Source of the DNA: Pseudomonadota bacterium
Lineage (GTDB): Bacteria > Desulfobacterota > UBA8473
Direction: 5' to 3'
NCBI GenBank assembly: GCA_043825855.1
Contig: JBDRRJ010000008.1
Coordinates: forward strand, 1,551 to 65,550
DNA length: 64,000 bases
Shown: positions 19,574 through 29,920 of the stretch, one piece after another
Position numbering within the stretch: position 1 is the stretch's first letter
Layout: every line of letters begins with the position of its first letter
Notes under the pieces: generated by a model
Databases searched by the model: none
Told to the model about the DNA's origin: nothing
The model's input: the letters and a program-made list of their open reading frames with translations, nothing else
Translations under genes and position numbers: made by a program

Positions 19574-20359
19574 TCAATTTTTTACCGCAACGGCATAAAT
19601 TATCTTATAATTAATATTTAGCTTATCAATAAGAATTGGAAGCGGCTTTTCATAGGGTGCCATCCCGTCACTAATCCTTTTGGGCAAAGGTTGCAAGCGT
19701 CCCATAAAAATTCTTTTAAGATAAGCTCTGGCGGCAAGACTTTCCGGAATGAGATGAAACTTAACGGCGGCTTTTTTAATCAGGGAAACAATTTTCTCCA
19801 ATATTCCGCTAGTATGTGTTGAAAAAGCACCATAACATTGAACTTCAAGAAACGAAGATTTTAAAAGTTTCGCTAATTGAGGCACGGAAAAATATTGATG
19901 GGTATAGGGCGAGGGATGAAAATATTCCCAATCTTTATTGACTGTACAAATGATCAATATACCCTGCTTGCGCAATATTCGATAAGCCTCTTTTACAAAC
20001 ACTTCGGGATACTCTAAATAATAAATCGCTTCGAAAAGCAACACCACATCAAAACTATTTTCATCGAAGGGAAGAGAATGGGCATCCATCTCCTTTATCT
20101 TTATACTATCCTGCTGATAAAGAGAAGTTGCAATGGCAACATTTTTTTTATCAATATCACCCCCCACAATCTGCTTGGCACGAGTAGCCAGGAATCCTAA
20201 ACCAATACCGCTCCCGCAAGCAACTTCCAAAACATCTTTGGAATCAGTATAATCCAACGCAAAACGATAACGGTTATATAAGCGAGCAATTTGCTCTTGG
20301 CTGGCTTTCAGGCCAGGGGTTTCTGTAATAGAATTATAATCTGGAGGTTTTTTCTTCAT
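19574..20359 (-). CDS. Class I SAM-dependent methyltransferase
   Basis: VLEVACGSGIGLGFLA motif I, followed by acidic post-I residues. Confidence 0.8.
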   Translation of the reverse strand: MKKKPPDYNSITETPGLKASQEQIARLYNRYRFALDYTDSKDVLEVACGSGIGLGFLATRAKQIVGGDIDKKNVAIATSLYQQDSIKIKEMDAHSLPFDENSFDVVLLFEAIYYLEYPEVFVKEAYRILRKQGILIICTVNKDWEYFHPSPYTHQYFSVPQLAKLLKSSFLEVQCYGAFSTHTSGILEKIVSLIKKAAVKFHLIPESLAARAYLKRIFMGRLQPLPKRISDGMAPYEKPLPILIDKLNINYKIIYAVAVKN

Positions 20360-20413
20360 GATATTTGTTAATCTTTATAACTAGTTTAATTGCAAATCTT
20401 TTCTAACAAATTT

Positions 20414-21190
20414 TTAAATATTGCCCAATAATTTTTCTTTTAATAAAGCAATGCTTTCCCTTATTAATGAATCGCTTTTAACTAAACCATCCGTACAGGG
20501 AATCAACAAAAACAAACGATTTTCCCCATATCTTTTCACAAGATAATCTGTTGAGACAGGAAGGGGATTCATGCCCATTTTTTGAAACAACGCCATCGAC
20601 CTGACCATATGATTTGCTGAAGTCACCATTATAAATCTTTCATTCTGCAAAACTGATTTCAATAAACGGGCCTCGTCATAAGTGTTCAGTGATGAGGATT
20701 CGAGTATTATATCCTGTTTCGCAACACCTAAATCAATTGCTAATTTTGCCATTAATTCCGAATCCGGTATCGGATCTATGCCTTTGCCTCCGGATAATAT
20801 TAATTTTGTTCCAGGTATTTTCTTGTATAGCCTGATCCCTTCGATCAGGCGGGAAAGACCGGGGGAAGAAAATTGACTTATTAGTGTAATATCCGGGTCC
20901 AACACGTGTCCACCCGCAAGTACAACTATATAGCAAACATCCTTTATTTTTTCGTTACCATTATCAATTTTCAGAGAAGGATATTTACGTTCAATACGTT
21001 CCAGAAAATACTCAGGGAAAAACGGGATGCTAAATAGTGTCAGCAACAATAAACCTGAAGTTACAATAATAATCCCTATCCTCTTCTTTCTAAAAAACCA
21101 CAAAAAAAGAGCACCAATCAGCATTATAAAAAGACATAAGTGCAGAGGCATTAAATAATTTAAAAATAATGATTTTAAAAAGAGATACAT
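20414..21190 (-). CDS. DUF218 (YdcF/ElyC/SanA-type) membrane-anchored protein
   Basis: N-terminal TM helices followed by a ...YIVVLAGGHV...LILSGGKG... DUF218-like core. Confidence 0.65.
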   Translation of the reverse strand: MYLFLKSLFLNYLMPLHLCLFIMLIGALFLWFFRKKRIGIIIVTSGLLLLTLFSIPFFPEYFLERIERKYPSLKIDNGNEKIKDVCYIVVLAGGHVLDPDITLISQFSSPGLSRLIEGIRLYKKIPGTKLILSGGKGIDPIPDSELMAKLAIDLGVAKQDIILESSSLNTYDEARLLKSVLQNERFIMVTSANHMVRSMALFQKMGMNPLPVSTDYLVKRYGENRLFLLIPCTDGLVKSDSLIRESIALLKEKLLGNI

Positions 21191-21195
21191 ATAAT

Positions 21196-22008
21196 TTACG
21201 GTTTTTTAGGTTCCGAAAGAACAAATACAACCTGCCATGCTTGCCATTTCAACAGAGGCAGTTTTAATAAGACTGAATCTATCGTCTCTAAAGCAGATAA
21301 TATCATATTGAAACCGGCCGAATTGCGCAGCGGAACAGCCGCCAAAGCGAATAAATGGAAAAAACCTAAAATTTCAACTTTGTTAAAATATTTCTCTGCC
21401 ATATAAATATCCTTCTTCTTAAGGATATGTTCAACCTCCCATGGGGTTCTTAAATTGGGCGTCCGTTTTCTGTAATAGTTAATAATAGGATTATGTCCCA
21501 GTGTTTCCGTGCATATAAATTCCCCTTTTTTCTTCAGGACACGGGCAATCTCAGCATAAGCCTTTTCAAGATTCAGATGATGGAGGGCGCCATATTCATT
21601 AACAATGTCGAATGTTCCTTCCTTGAACTCAAGAGATTCTGCATCCATTACCTGAAACGACATTTTCCCTTCAAGCCCTTCCTGGAGCGTTCTTTTTTTA
21701 CAATTCTCAATTGATACTTCCGATAAGTCTATCCCTATTATTTCACTGGCACCATCTCCAGCGATAATGAAGCTATCATCGCCATTGCCGCAGCAATAAT
21801 CCAGGACCTTCTTGCCTTTACAGTTGTTGGTAAACCAATCGAACACTGTCTTACGGCTTTTTCGCTCTACTGAATAGTATTTCATATTATCCCATAAAGG
21901 GTTTTCCTGAATAAGCTTTTCTAACTCAGGCGACCAGCGCTGCCCGAATGCACCATCTCTTAAATTGTCGTGGAAGTTCCTTTCTTCTTCTTTTCTATTA
22001 TCCATCAA
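21196..22008 (-). CDS. Class I SAM-dependent methyltransferase
   Basis: KVLDYCCGNGDDSF motif I and ...FDIVNEYGALHHL. Confidence 0.8.
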   Translation of the reverse strand: MMDNRKEEERNFHDNLRDGAFGQRWSPELEKLIQENPLWDNMKYYSVERKSRKTVFDWFTNNCKGKKVLDYCCGNGDDSFIIAGDGASEIIGIDLSEVSIENCKKRTLQEGLEGKMSFQVMDAESLEFKEGTFDIVNEYGALHHLNLEKAYAEIARVLKKKGEFICTETLGHNPIINYYRKRTPNLRTPWEVEHILKKKDIYMAEKYFNKVEILGFFHLFALAAVPLRNSAGFNMILSALETIDSVLLKLPLLKWQAWQVVFVLSEPKKP

Positions 22009-22022
22009 TGCTATGTCCTAAA

Positions 22023-23198
22023 TTATTTTTCCCAAAACGTTTCTATTACTTGCCGTACAATTACCTTTTCATCATATTCAGTTTCTGCTTTTATCCTGGA
22101 ATACCGACCAAATTCTTCACGCTTTTTCTCATCAGTCATCAGAGTTTCTATTGCTTCAGCGAGGGCTTTTGAATCTTTAATGGGAACAAGATATCCATTG
22201 CGTCCATTCTCTACCGGTGCCCGGCAATCAATACTGTCTGCTGCAATCACCGGCTTACCCATAGCCATCGGTTCTGTTAATGCTCTCGGATAGCCACCCT
22301 CCCTATAATAAGAGGGCAAAACAGCCACATCCGATAATGCATAGAGGTCTTTCACATCGTTTCTAAATCCAATCCAAATAAAATTTGCTTCTTTTTCAGT
22401 GTCTTTTAAATACATTTCAGGAACTGCATCCGGGCTAGTTGTTTCTTTGGAACCCACAAGTATAAACTTAACAAAAGGCAATCTGTCTTTTAAAATTTTA
22501 GCTGCTTCTGCAAACTCGCCTACTCCTTTGGCCCAAATCATTCGGGCAACCATAATAACAACCTTATCGTTATCGCCCAGCTTAAATTCACTTTTATAAT
22601 TTAATAATTTTTCATTTGATAATGAATAGGGCAAATAGTCATCGGTGCTGACATAATTTTTTGATAATATTGTTTTATTTTTAGGAACAATATTATTGGA
22701 AACGAAATAATTATAATCATTCGTATTTGTAAACCATACCTTGCTACTCAATCGGAATGCAATGAAATAGAGGATTAGCAATAGATATTTGAGCAGGCTT
22801 ATCTTCAAACCTGCGTTATCTGCAAAGGTAGTACCTCTTCCCCACACAGAGCACAATATCTTTTTTGCTTTGGCACACCTGGCAGCAATTGTCCCATATA
22901 TATTGGGTTTAGTCGAGATGTTTATTACAATATCTATCTTGTTATTGCGGAATATTTTATAGAGTGAATAAGAGTATTTCAAATCTTCAAAAAGACTAAT
23001 ATGCCTGTTCATTTTTAGAGGAACAGGCATAACTCCCCAAGACTTAATAACCTCGGTGTATTGACCATTTGTTCCCTCACCGTAAACATCGCAGACAACA
23101 AATACTTCAGAATTATCATAAGTACGAACTGTATCTATGATACCTTTGCAAAAAAGTACAATTGATAAATCATCCGGGCATACTACGGCAATTTTCAT
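22023..23198 (-). CDS. GT4-family (GT-B) glycosyltransferase
   Basis: C-terminal ...LPSYYREGGYPRALTEPMAMGKPVIAAD...NGYLV is EX7E-like. Confidence 0.85.
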   Translation of the reverse strand: MKIAVVCPDDLSIVLFCKGIIDTVRTYDNSEVFVVCDVYGEGTNGQYTEVIKSWGVMPVPLKMNRHISLFEDLKYSYSLYKIFRNNKIDIVINISTKPNIYGTIAARCAKAKKILCSVWGRGTTFADNAGLKISLLKYLLLILYFIAFRLSSKVWFTNTNDYNYFVSNNIVPKNKTILSKNYVSTDDYLPYSLSNEKLLNYKSEFKLGDNDKVVIMVARMIWAKGVGEFAEAAKILKDRLPFVKFILVGSKETTSPDAVPEMYLKDTEKEANFIWIGFRNDVKDLYALSDVAVLPSYYREGGYPRALTEPMAMGKPVIAADSIDCRAPVENGRNGYLVPIKDSKALAEAIETLMTDEKKREEFGRYSRIKAETEYDEKVIVRQVIETFWEK

Positions 23199-23241
23199 AT
23201 TTTCTATCTCATACTTGTCCCTTATACATCTTAATATTCGA

Positions 23242-24045
23242 TTAAAGCGGTGACTTTGTTAACAATAAGTAGCCGCATTCTTCACCTTCATCCACAAATT
23301 GACGGCAATTGAAACCAAGTTTATCAAAGCGGGCAATAAGCTGTTGAGAAGGCCCCCTATGATATTCAAGCCTAATCTCGTCTATGCTTTCAAATACGGA
23401 TTTTTCTGAATTTAGAATAATATCGTACTCCCCTCCTTCGCAATCTAATTTAAACATATTGGATGATGGTAACATATTATTCACTATCTCAGTAAGTGTA
23501 ATTGTGGAAACCAGTTCATAATCGGAATTGTTTTCAGCTCTTTCAACGATGGCGTTAAAAACGTTTGACTTACGCGGAAACCAGACAGGAGAAGATGGTT
23601 TGCCGACAACCGCGGCTCTGTAAGGATAAACAATCTTTTCCAAACTATTGTTCTCAATATTTCTTTGGAGCAAGTTAAATGATTCTTCTGCCGGTTCATA
23701 CGCCTGCACAATTTTAGCTCCTGACTGTGCCGCATAGAGCGCAAACACTCCAATATTAGCGCCAATATCTACCACAGCGCTACCGGGAGTAATTTCGCCA
23801 TAGTCATGGCGACAAAAAACCAAAAACACAGTAACAATATCCGAATTGTCCTTTGAAAGCTGAATCACAAGCCCATCCCGCAACGCCACCCGGCCACTCT
23901 TTGGATTTTGTCGTCTAAGATAACACCATAATACCTCAACTGGCCTACAAAACAACATAAAGCATCTTAGTGATGCTATGATGTGTTTGGGCAGCTGCCA
24001 AACTATGGCGGCGACGTGTCTTGGAGATCTGCCAAGTATTTTCAT
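23242..24045 (-). CDS. FkbM-family methyltransferase
   Basis: VVDIGANIGVFALYAA ... FKLDCEGGEYDIL is the FkbM pattern. Confidence 0.75.
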   Translation of the reverse strand: MKILGRSPRHVAAIVWQLPKHIIASLRCFMLFCRPVEVLWCYLRRQNPKSGRVALRDGLVIQLSKDNSDIVTVFLVFCRHDYGEITPGSAVVDIGANIGVFALYAAQSGAKIVQAYEPAEESFNLLQRNIENNSLEKIVYPYRAAVVGKPSSPVWFPRKSNVFNAIVERAENNSDYELVSTITLTEIVNNMLPSSNMFKLDCEGGEYDIILNSEKSVFESIDEIRLEYHRGPSQQLIARFDKLGFNCRQFVDEGEECGYLLLTKSPL

Positions 24046-24066
24046 AATTTAACAAGTAAGTTATTT

Positions 24067-24780
24067 TTAGAGCACAAAGTTACCTGTTGATAAACAATTA
24101 GTGTCGGTTACTTTCTTCTCCAGTACCAGAATGGTTTCAGCAGACAGCAACGGGACCACCATAAATGACCGTACAACCTTTAATCCAGCCGCTTCACATT
24201 CAGCAACAATATCCCTAAGCGGTATTGGACAGGGTGCAGAGCAACTTTTTCTTCGGATAATTGCAAGAATTTTCTTTTTTATCCTTTGCAATGGACTATC
24301 AACACTGCAGGTAATGATCACAACACGGTCGGACAGAGCGGATATTTCACAAAGGGCTGCCCGTTTGATATTCAGAGGAACTCGATGCAGAAAGCCAATG
24401 ACCAAAATGCAGGCAAATGATTTGCGTGGAAATCCAGTTTTTGTGATATCGGCCTGCACACAGCCTATCAGGCGATCTGTGGGATATTCTTCCCTTGCCA
24501 GCTCCATCATCTCCGGTGAAATATCACTGGCAACAATTTGAAAGGGGAAAAAGTGTAATAACTTACCCAAAATACCTGTACCGCAGGGAATGTCGAGTAG
24601 TAGGTCACCAGCCGACCACGAATATCGCGAAAGTTCGCGAGCAAGAAGATGTTGTTCACGCCAAGTGCAAAACCTTGCCCAACTCCAGTCTTTTGTGTGA
24701 TAGCGCTTGTATTCAGCTGCCCGTTGCTTAGAACGGTATGCATTGAGCGTATCAGTTTCGTAGTTTGTAGATTGCCGCAT
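24067..24780 (-). CDS. Class I SAM-dependent methyltransferase
   Basis: LLLDIPCGTGILGKLL motif I. The gene abuts the upstream gene with no gap. Confidence 0.75.
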   Translation of the reverse strand: MRQSTNYETDTLNAYRSKQRAAEYKRYHTKDWSWARFCTWREQHLLARELSRYSWSAGDLLLDIPCGTGILGKLLHFFPFQIVASDISPEMMELAREEYPTDRLIGCVQADITKTGFPRKSFACILVIGFLHRVPLNIKRAALCEISALSDRVVIITCSVDSPLQRIKKKILAIIRRKSCSAPCPIPLRDIVAECEAAGLKVVRSFMVVPLLSAETILVLEKKVTDTNCLSTGNFVL

Positions 24781-25860
24781 TCAAAACACCTTTTTTAGTT
24801 CTATTTCTATTTGACGTTTGTAAAATGGATTAACGTAAGTTGCTTCAACTAACCGTTTTATAGGTATGGGCCAGGAAAGACGCCAAAGCGAATCTATCGC
24901 CGTATGCCAATGCTTGAGCTGTTCTTTAACCAGATAAATACTGAGCAACTTTGGAGATGGCGGATCACTATTTAAATAGTAAGCTTTTAAGAAAGCCGCT
25001 TCTGCTTGTAAATCCGGCATCAACCGCAAAAAAAACAATCCACTCCCCCAATAGAGAATCCGATAGGTCATGATGAATCTGGCCAAATCCGCTTCCCGAC
25101 AAGTTCGCTTCATTCGCCCCGGATCGAGCAGAAACAGTTTGTTCTGTTTATCAATCTGAATATTGCGGATATCTATTCCCTTCAGTGTTGTTACTTCGAG
25201 GGTCTCAATCTCAGTATCTGAAAAGGGATCTAATACCTGAATAACATTTTTTGTCCACGGGCTTCTAATACTTGACTCAATCTTATGACAATATTCCTCT
25301 AACTTGAGCATTGTTTCATTCAGCCGGAAAACAATGTTTTGAGCGTTTCTTTGATGAAATCTTCCAAGGGCTGTACCCAGTCTGGCCATCGCTTCACGTA
25401 ATCTTATGCAATCCTTGTTCAAACCAAAACGACGGTTCATATCCAGTCGTCGAAATACAGCAAGAGCATCATCTCCCTGAGTCGCGTCGGTGACAACGGC
25501 ATTGTATTGTGGAAAAACTCCGCGCAAGCGAATCCAGAAAACATCCAGATCATCGGATTGCCAATGTTCTCCTAGCATACGCAGGCTCAACTCCTCATCC
25601 CAGGCCATTCTGCGATCGGTAGTTGTTATCGGCAGAATCGATTTCGATCTTTGCCGGAGATCCTCTTTGGGAATTTTCACAAATACTCTTTGTTTATTTC
25701 TCCCCGTATATGTTTCGATGAAAAAAACAAATGAAAAATAGTTAGTCACAAGTGGTCCAACTGTAACTTTTACTTCATTGAAAGGCTGACCGGTTATTTC
25801 TTCAACAATAAGGCGGGTTAAGCTTTGCTGGACAGTTTCGTTGTCCTTCTTTTCCATCAT
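24781..25860 (-). CDS. Hypothetical protein, possibly a divergent kinase-like (APH/LPS-kinase) fold
   Basis: The ORF sits in the operon, and an ATGA overlap with the asnB-like stop supports the start at 25860. Only a loose resemblance supports the fold (..LFLLDPGRM..EADLARF..), and the catalytic loop is not canonical. Confidence 0.45.
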   Translation of the reverse strand: MMEKKDNETVQQSLTRLIVEEITGQPFNEVKVTVGPLVTNYFSFVFFIETYTGRNKQRVFVKIPKEDLRQRSKSILPITTTDRRMAWDEELSLRMLGEHWQSDDLDVFWIRLRGVFPQYNAVVTDATQGDDALAVFRRLDMNRRFGLNKDCIRLREAMARLGTALGRFHQRNAQNIVFRLNETMLKLEEYCHKIESSIRSPWTKNVIQVLDPFSDTEIETLEVTTLKGIDIRNIQIDKQNKLFLLDPGRMKRTCREADLARFIMTYRILYWGSGLFFLRLMPDLQAEAAFLKAYYLNSDPPSPKLLSIYLVKEQLKHWHTAIDSLWRLSWPIPIKRLVEATYVNPFYKRQIEIELKKVF

Positions 25861-27797
25861 GAGCAATACCAACGTTCCGCCCACATCTGAAAATTGAGGA
25901 GTAAAAATAATTTCTCAGCGCCGATTCCCTGATAACGATAAAATCTGTCAACTTCTGAGGCAACTATTGCATCATCCATCACACCGACTGAACGAATACG
26001 TTCTTTGGACAAATATTCCTGAACGAGAAATTTCCACGGGCCATGCATCCATTCATATAACGGCACTACAAACCCCCTTTTAGGAGCGTTTATAATCTTA
26101 TCACTAATCCAACGCCTCAATATATGTTTAATAATATGTTTGTGCTCGCCATCAGAATAGACAAAATTCATTGGCAGACTGTATGCAAACTCTGCCAGAC
26201 GATGATCGAGAAACGGATCACGGCATTCCAGTGAAACTGCCATCGAGGCACGATCTACCTTGGTCAAAATATCATCCCTCAGAAAGCTCTGATAATCGGT
26301 CCGCATCATACCATCTATTATCTGCATACAATTGGCATCAGCATTACCCAGCAGACGGGATGTAAGAACCGTATCGGCAAATAATCCAGACAGATTTGCC
26401 CCTATAAGCGCACCAACGTTTTGTTCGGTCCATCCCTTTTCATTCATAATACGTAAAATATCCACCGGAAGAACGGCACGCATAATGCTTATTGCTTTCT
26501 CAAAAGTTGAAATTAGGCGAGGATTACTCCTTATATTGCTCTGTCGTTTCAAAGAAAGAGAAAGAATGTTTTTATATGGTAATGTAGTCATTATTTTTGC
26601 TGCAACTAAACGTAGAGGCAAAGGCAATTGCGTTGCTTGACTATAACGCTTGGCATATGCAGGATAACTTTCATACCCACAGAATTGTTCATCCCCGCCG
26701 TCTGCGGAAAGCGCTACTTTTACATACTCGCGAGCAACGGCGGAAAGCAATGCCGTCGGCATGCCCGATGAATCGCCAAATGGTTCATCATAAATATCTG
26801 TAAATCTCCGCAGAGCATTAACCGCATCCGGCGCATCGAGATAGCGGACTTCATGACGCAATCCTAATTCAGTGGCAATCTGTGTGGCCATCGGCACTTC
26901 ATTGTAGCGTTTATCCCGAAACCCGATAGTTATATGCAAAAGATCGGCGCCAATTTTCTTTTTCAAAATGGCGGAAAGAAAAGTAGAATCTATTCCACCC
27001 GACAAGAAAACCGCCACAGGAACATCGGAGATCAGCCTATAGGCAAAAGCACTTTCAGACAGCCGTTCCATTTCTTTAGCAGCATCATCAAAACTGCCGT
27101 TAAAAGTCTCCCGTTTAATGCAGTCAATGCTCCAATAACATCTTTTTTTCAATGAACCGTCAAAGCCGAAAGATAGAAAATGACCTGCTGGAACACGAAA
27201 AGTATCATTAAGGACAGTGGTGTCGCCAAGGGTATAACCCAAGACAAAAAACTGACCAAGACCCTGAAGGTTTAGGCGTTTCTGATAGGTGGGGTGGGCA
27301 TAGAGAGCCTTGAGTTCCGAACCGAAAATTATAGAATTTTTATTTATGGAATAAAAAAGTGGCTTGATGCCAGCCCTATCCCGGGCTAGTATAAGACAAC
27401 ACTCACGGGTATTCCAAACAGCAAAGGCAAACATGCCGATAAATTGCCGCAAGGCATTTTCTATACCCCAACAGTGCACTGCATTTAAAACAACTTCCGT
27501 ATCCGAATGGCTTGTGAATCGATAGCCAGTATCTTCTAGAAGTAGTCGGATTTCCTTATAGTTGTATATCTCACCGTTAAAAACAATGCATAGTGACTTA
27601 TCCGATGTCCACATTGGCTGATGACCGGCAGTTGAAAGATCAATAATAGATAGACGACGATGGCCAAGCCCGATCTTTTCCTTACAGAAAAGACCTTCAT
27701 CATCGGGACCACGGTGGGCTATAGCATCGATCATAAGTTTAATGTCTCTAATTTCAACCGGTCTGGTAAAACTGAATTCCCCGGCAATACCACACAT
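25857..27797 (-). CDS. Asparagine synthase (glutamine-hydrolysing) family amidotransferase (WbpS/AsnB-like)
   Basis: MCGIAG Ntn-amidotransferase start and the SGGIDS PP-loop. Confidence 0.92.
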   Translation of the reverse strand: MCGIAGEFSFTRPVEIRDIKLMIDAIAHRGPDDEGLFCKEKIGLGHRRLSIIDLSTAGHQPMWTSDKSLCIVFNGEIYNYKEIRLLLEDTGYRFTSHSDTEVVLNAVHCWGIENALRQFIGMFAFAVWNTRECCLILARDRAGIKPLFYSINKNSIIFGSELKALYAHPTYQKRLNLQGLGQFFVLGYTLGDTTVLNDTFRVPAGHFLSFGFDGSLKKRCYWSIDCIKRETFNGSFDDAAKEMERLSESAFAYRLISDVPVAVFLSGGIDSTFLSAILKKKIGADLLHITIGFRDKRYNEVPMATQIATELGLRHEVRYLDAPDAVNALRRFTDIYDEPFGDSSGMPTALLSAVAREYVKVALSADGGDEQFCGYESYPAYAKRYSQATQLPLPLRLVAAKIMTTLPYKNILSLSLKRQSNIRSNPRLISTFEKAISIMRAVLPVDILRIMNEKGWTEQNVGALIGANLSGLFADTVLTSRLLGNADANCMQIIDGMMRTDYQSFLRDDILTKVDRASMAVSLECRDPFLDHRLAEFAYSLPMNFVYSDGEHKHIIKHILRRWISDKIINAPKRGFVVPLYEWMHGPWKFLVQEYLSKERIRSVGVMDDAIVASEVDRFYRYQGIGAEKLFLLLNFQMWAERWYCS

Positions 27798-27799
27798 AA

Positions 27800-29920
27800 T
27801 CAATAACTACCTTTTGCCAGTTCGGCACAAATATTAGCAAAGCGGTGCACTTTGTCATCAATCAAATATTCGGCAAAAACAGTTTTCTTTGCCTCTTTTC
27901 CCAGTCGCCGACGCAATTCCCCATCTAAAATCAATTCCCTCCATCGCTTGACGATGGCCTCCACATCCCCCGGTTCCACAAGAAATCCATTATAGCCATC
28001 TTTTATGATTTCCCGAAGCCCACCTACCTTGGAAGCTATCACTGGTTTGCCAAGTGCCATTGACTCCAACACTGCCCGTCCGAATCCCTCTGCCAGAGAT
28101 GGATGTATGATAATATCCATTTCTTTGGCAATTCTTAATCCATCCTTGCGCCAACCTGTAAAAAACACATTGTTCTTCAATCCATATCTTATGATCAATA
28201 ATTCCAGTTCGTTTTTATAGGGGCGATAATCTTCAATTACATGATCGCCCAAAAGATATAGGCGTAACTGCTGGAATTCTTTAACCAGGAGTGCTAACGC
28301 CTCAACAACAAAATGCTGACCTTTTTGGCGATACAATTGCGCGATGATTGCTGTATTTATATATTTGGGATTAATGCAAAGCTCACTTTTAATATCTTCA
28401 TTATCAGTGTTTTCAATATCAGTAATAATGTTAGGGGCTAATCCTATTTTGAGAATTTCAACTTTCTTTTTTATTAATCTTATAAAATGTTTGTATTTAT
28501 CGTCACGATTCTGAACACAGAAAAATAATATCTTTTTAGCCAATAAAAAACAAATGTGGTCAATTATTGGATTTGCTAGTTCCCCTTTAACGTAGAGCAC
28601 CGATGGGGTTTTTGTCAGCCGCGCCGCAAGTCCTATACACATCTCGGCACGTACGCAATTAGCATAGACGACATTTATTTTTCTATCGCGTAAAAACCGG
28701 GTTAATTGCAGATTATAACGCACCAGATTATAAACGGTCTTGAGTTTGCCCAGCATGCCGTCACGAAGTACCGCTCCTCCATAACTATCAAGGTTACTGG
28801 GCGGAGGCATAACCACACATTCCACACCCATCTTGCGAAACTCCTCAAGCGCCACCCCATCCATCGGCGCAACCACAAGAGGAGTAAACTTTCCGCGATC
28901 CAATCGCTCAAGAATTAGCCTTTGCGTAAAGAAATTACCGCCTAAACCCATCGGGTAGGGTTCATAAATAAGTACCTGAATAGGAGTATCTTGTTGGCTT
29001 TGTATTACTCCTCTCCTCCTGTTGAGTATTTGGCTGGCAAGAGGTTCAGGGAAGTAAGAAATAATATAAAGACCCAATATCTTTTTATTTTTAATAAAAT
29101 ACGGAGATAAGCATTTCCTGGCGGCTTTACCGTTTCCTTGTTTCCAGAGATTTTTAGCCCGTGAGATTGAAATCTGGCTCTTCAGGATTTCGACTTCGCG
29201 CCCATATCTTTTGATAAAATCAGGAATCATTTTCTGGAACTTAATAAGCATGTCATCGGTTTCTCCGGCAACGAGATGTCCCTTTGTTTGTGTCAAGCTA
29301 TTTGAGTGAATTCGCCATCTTGCAAGAGACTCATCCACTATGGCAAGCTTCCAATCATAGGCAATGCGGAGAAACAAGTCCGTATCTTCTATTATATTGA
29401 ATCGCTGATCGAACCACTCTATGCTCTTAATAACCGACCGTCGGATAATAACTGTTTGGATATTTAGGGTATAATTCTTCAGTAGTTCCCGGAAACAATA
29501 TCCCGTATAATAATTCTGACCGCCGTAGAACCTTTTTTCACTACCAGCATTGTTAAAAACTATAGAATCGGAGAACACAAGCCCTATCTCTGGGTCATCG
29601 AAGAGGGGCATCTGCTTTTCCAACTTTTCAGGCATCCATAGATCATCATGATCAATAAAGGCAATGAATTTACCTCGGGAACGCTTCAATGCTTCATTAC
29701 GGGAATATCCCAGCCCCTTGTTTTCCTGATAATGATAAATAATCGGGAATCCCTTATCCATATATTCTTTGATGATCGATTCCGTCGAGTCTGATGAACC
29801 GTCGTTGATTACAATAAGTTCCCAATCTTTATACGTTTGATTGACAATGCTATCAAGTGTTTCACGCAGATATCTTTCTGAATTATAGCAACAAAGGTTT
29901 ATACTGACGGTAGGCATCAT
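27800..29920 (-). CDS. Two-domain glycosyltransferase: N-terminal GT2 fused to C-terminal GT4
   Basis: N-terminus: VSINLCCYNSERYLRETLDSIVNQTYKDWELIVINDGSSD...DHDD. C-terminus: ...HPSLAEGFGRAVLESMALGKPVIASKVGGLREIIKDGYNGFLV. Confidence 0.85.
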   Translation of the reverse strand: MMPTVSINLCCYNSERYLRETLDSIVNQTYKDWELIVINDGSSDSTESIIKEYMDKGFPIIYHYQENKGLGYSRNEALKRSRGKFIAFIDHDDLWMPEKLEKQMPLFDDPEIGLVFSDSIVFNNAGSEKRFYGGQNYYTGYCFRELLKNYTLNIQTVIIRRSVIKSIEWFDQRFNIIEDTDLFLRIAYDWKLAIVDESLARWRIHSNSLTQTKGHLVAGETDDMLIKFQKMIPDFIKRYGREVEILKSQISISRAKNLWKQGNGKAARKCLSPYFIKNKKILGLYIISYFPEPLASQILNRRRGVIQSQQDTPIQVLIYEPYPMGLGGNFFTQRLILERLDRGKFTPLVVAPMDGVALEEFRKMGVECVVMPPPSNLDSYGGAVLRDGMLGKLKTVYNLVRYNLQLTRFLRDRKINVVYANCVRAEMCIGLAARLTKTPSVLYVKGELANPIIDHICFLLAKKILFFCVQNRDDKYKHFIRLIKKKVEILKIGLAPNIITDIENTDNEDIKSELCINPKYINTAIIAQLYRQKGQHFVVEALALLVKEFQQLRLYLLGDHVIEDYRPYKNELELLIIRYGLKNNVFFTGWRKDGLRIAKEMDIIIHPSLAEGFGRAVLESMALGKPVIASKVGGLREIIKDGYNGFLVEPGDVEAIVKRWRELILDGELRRRLGKEAKKTVFAEYLIDDKVHRFANICAELAKGSY

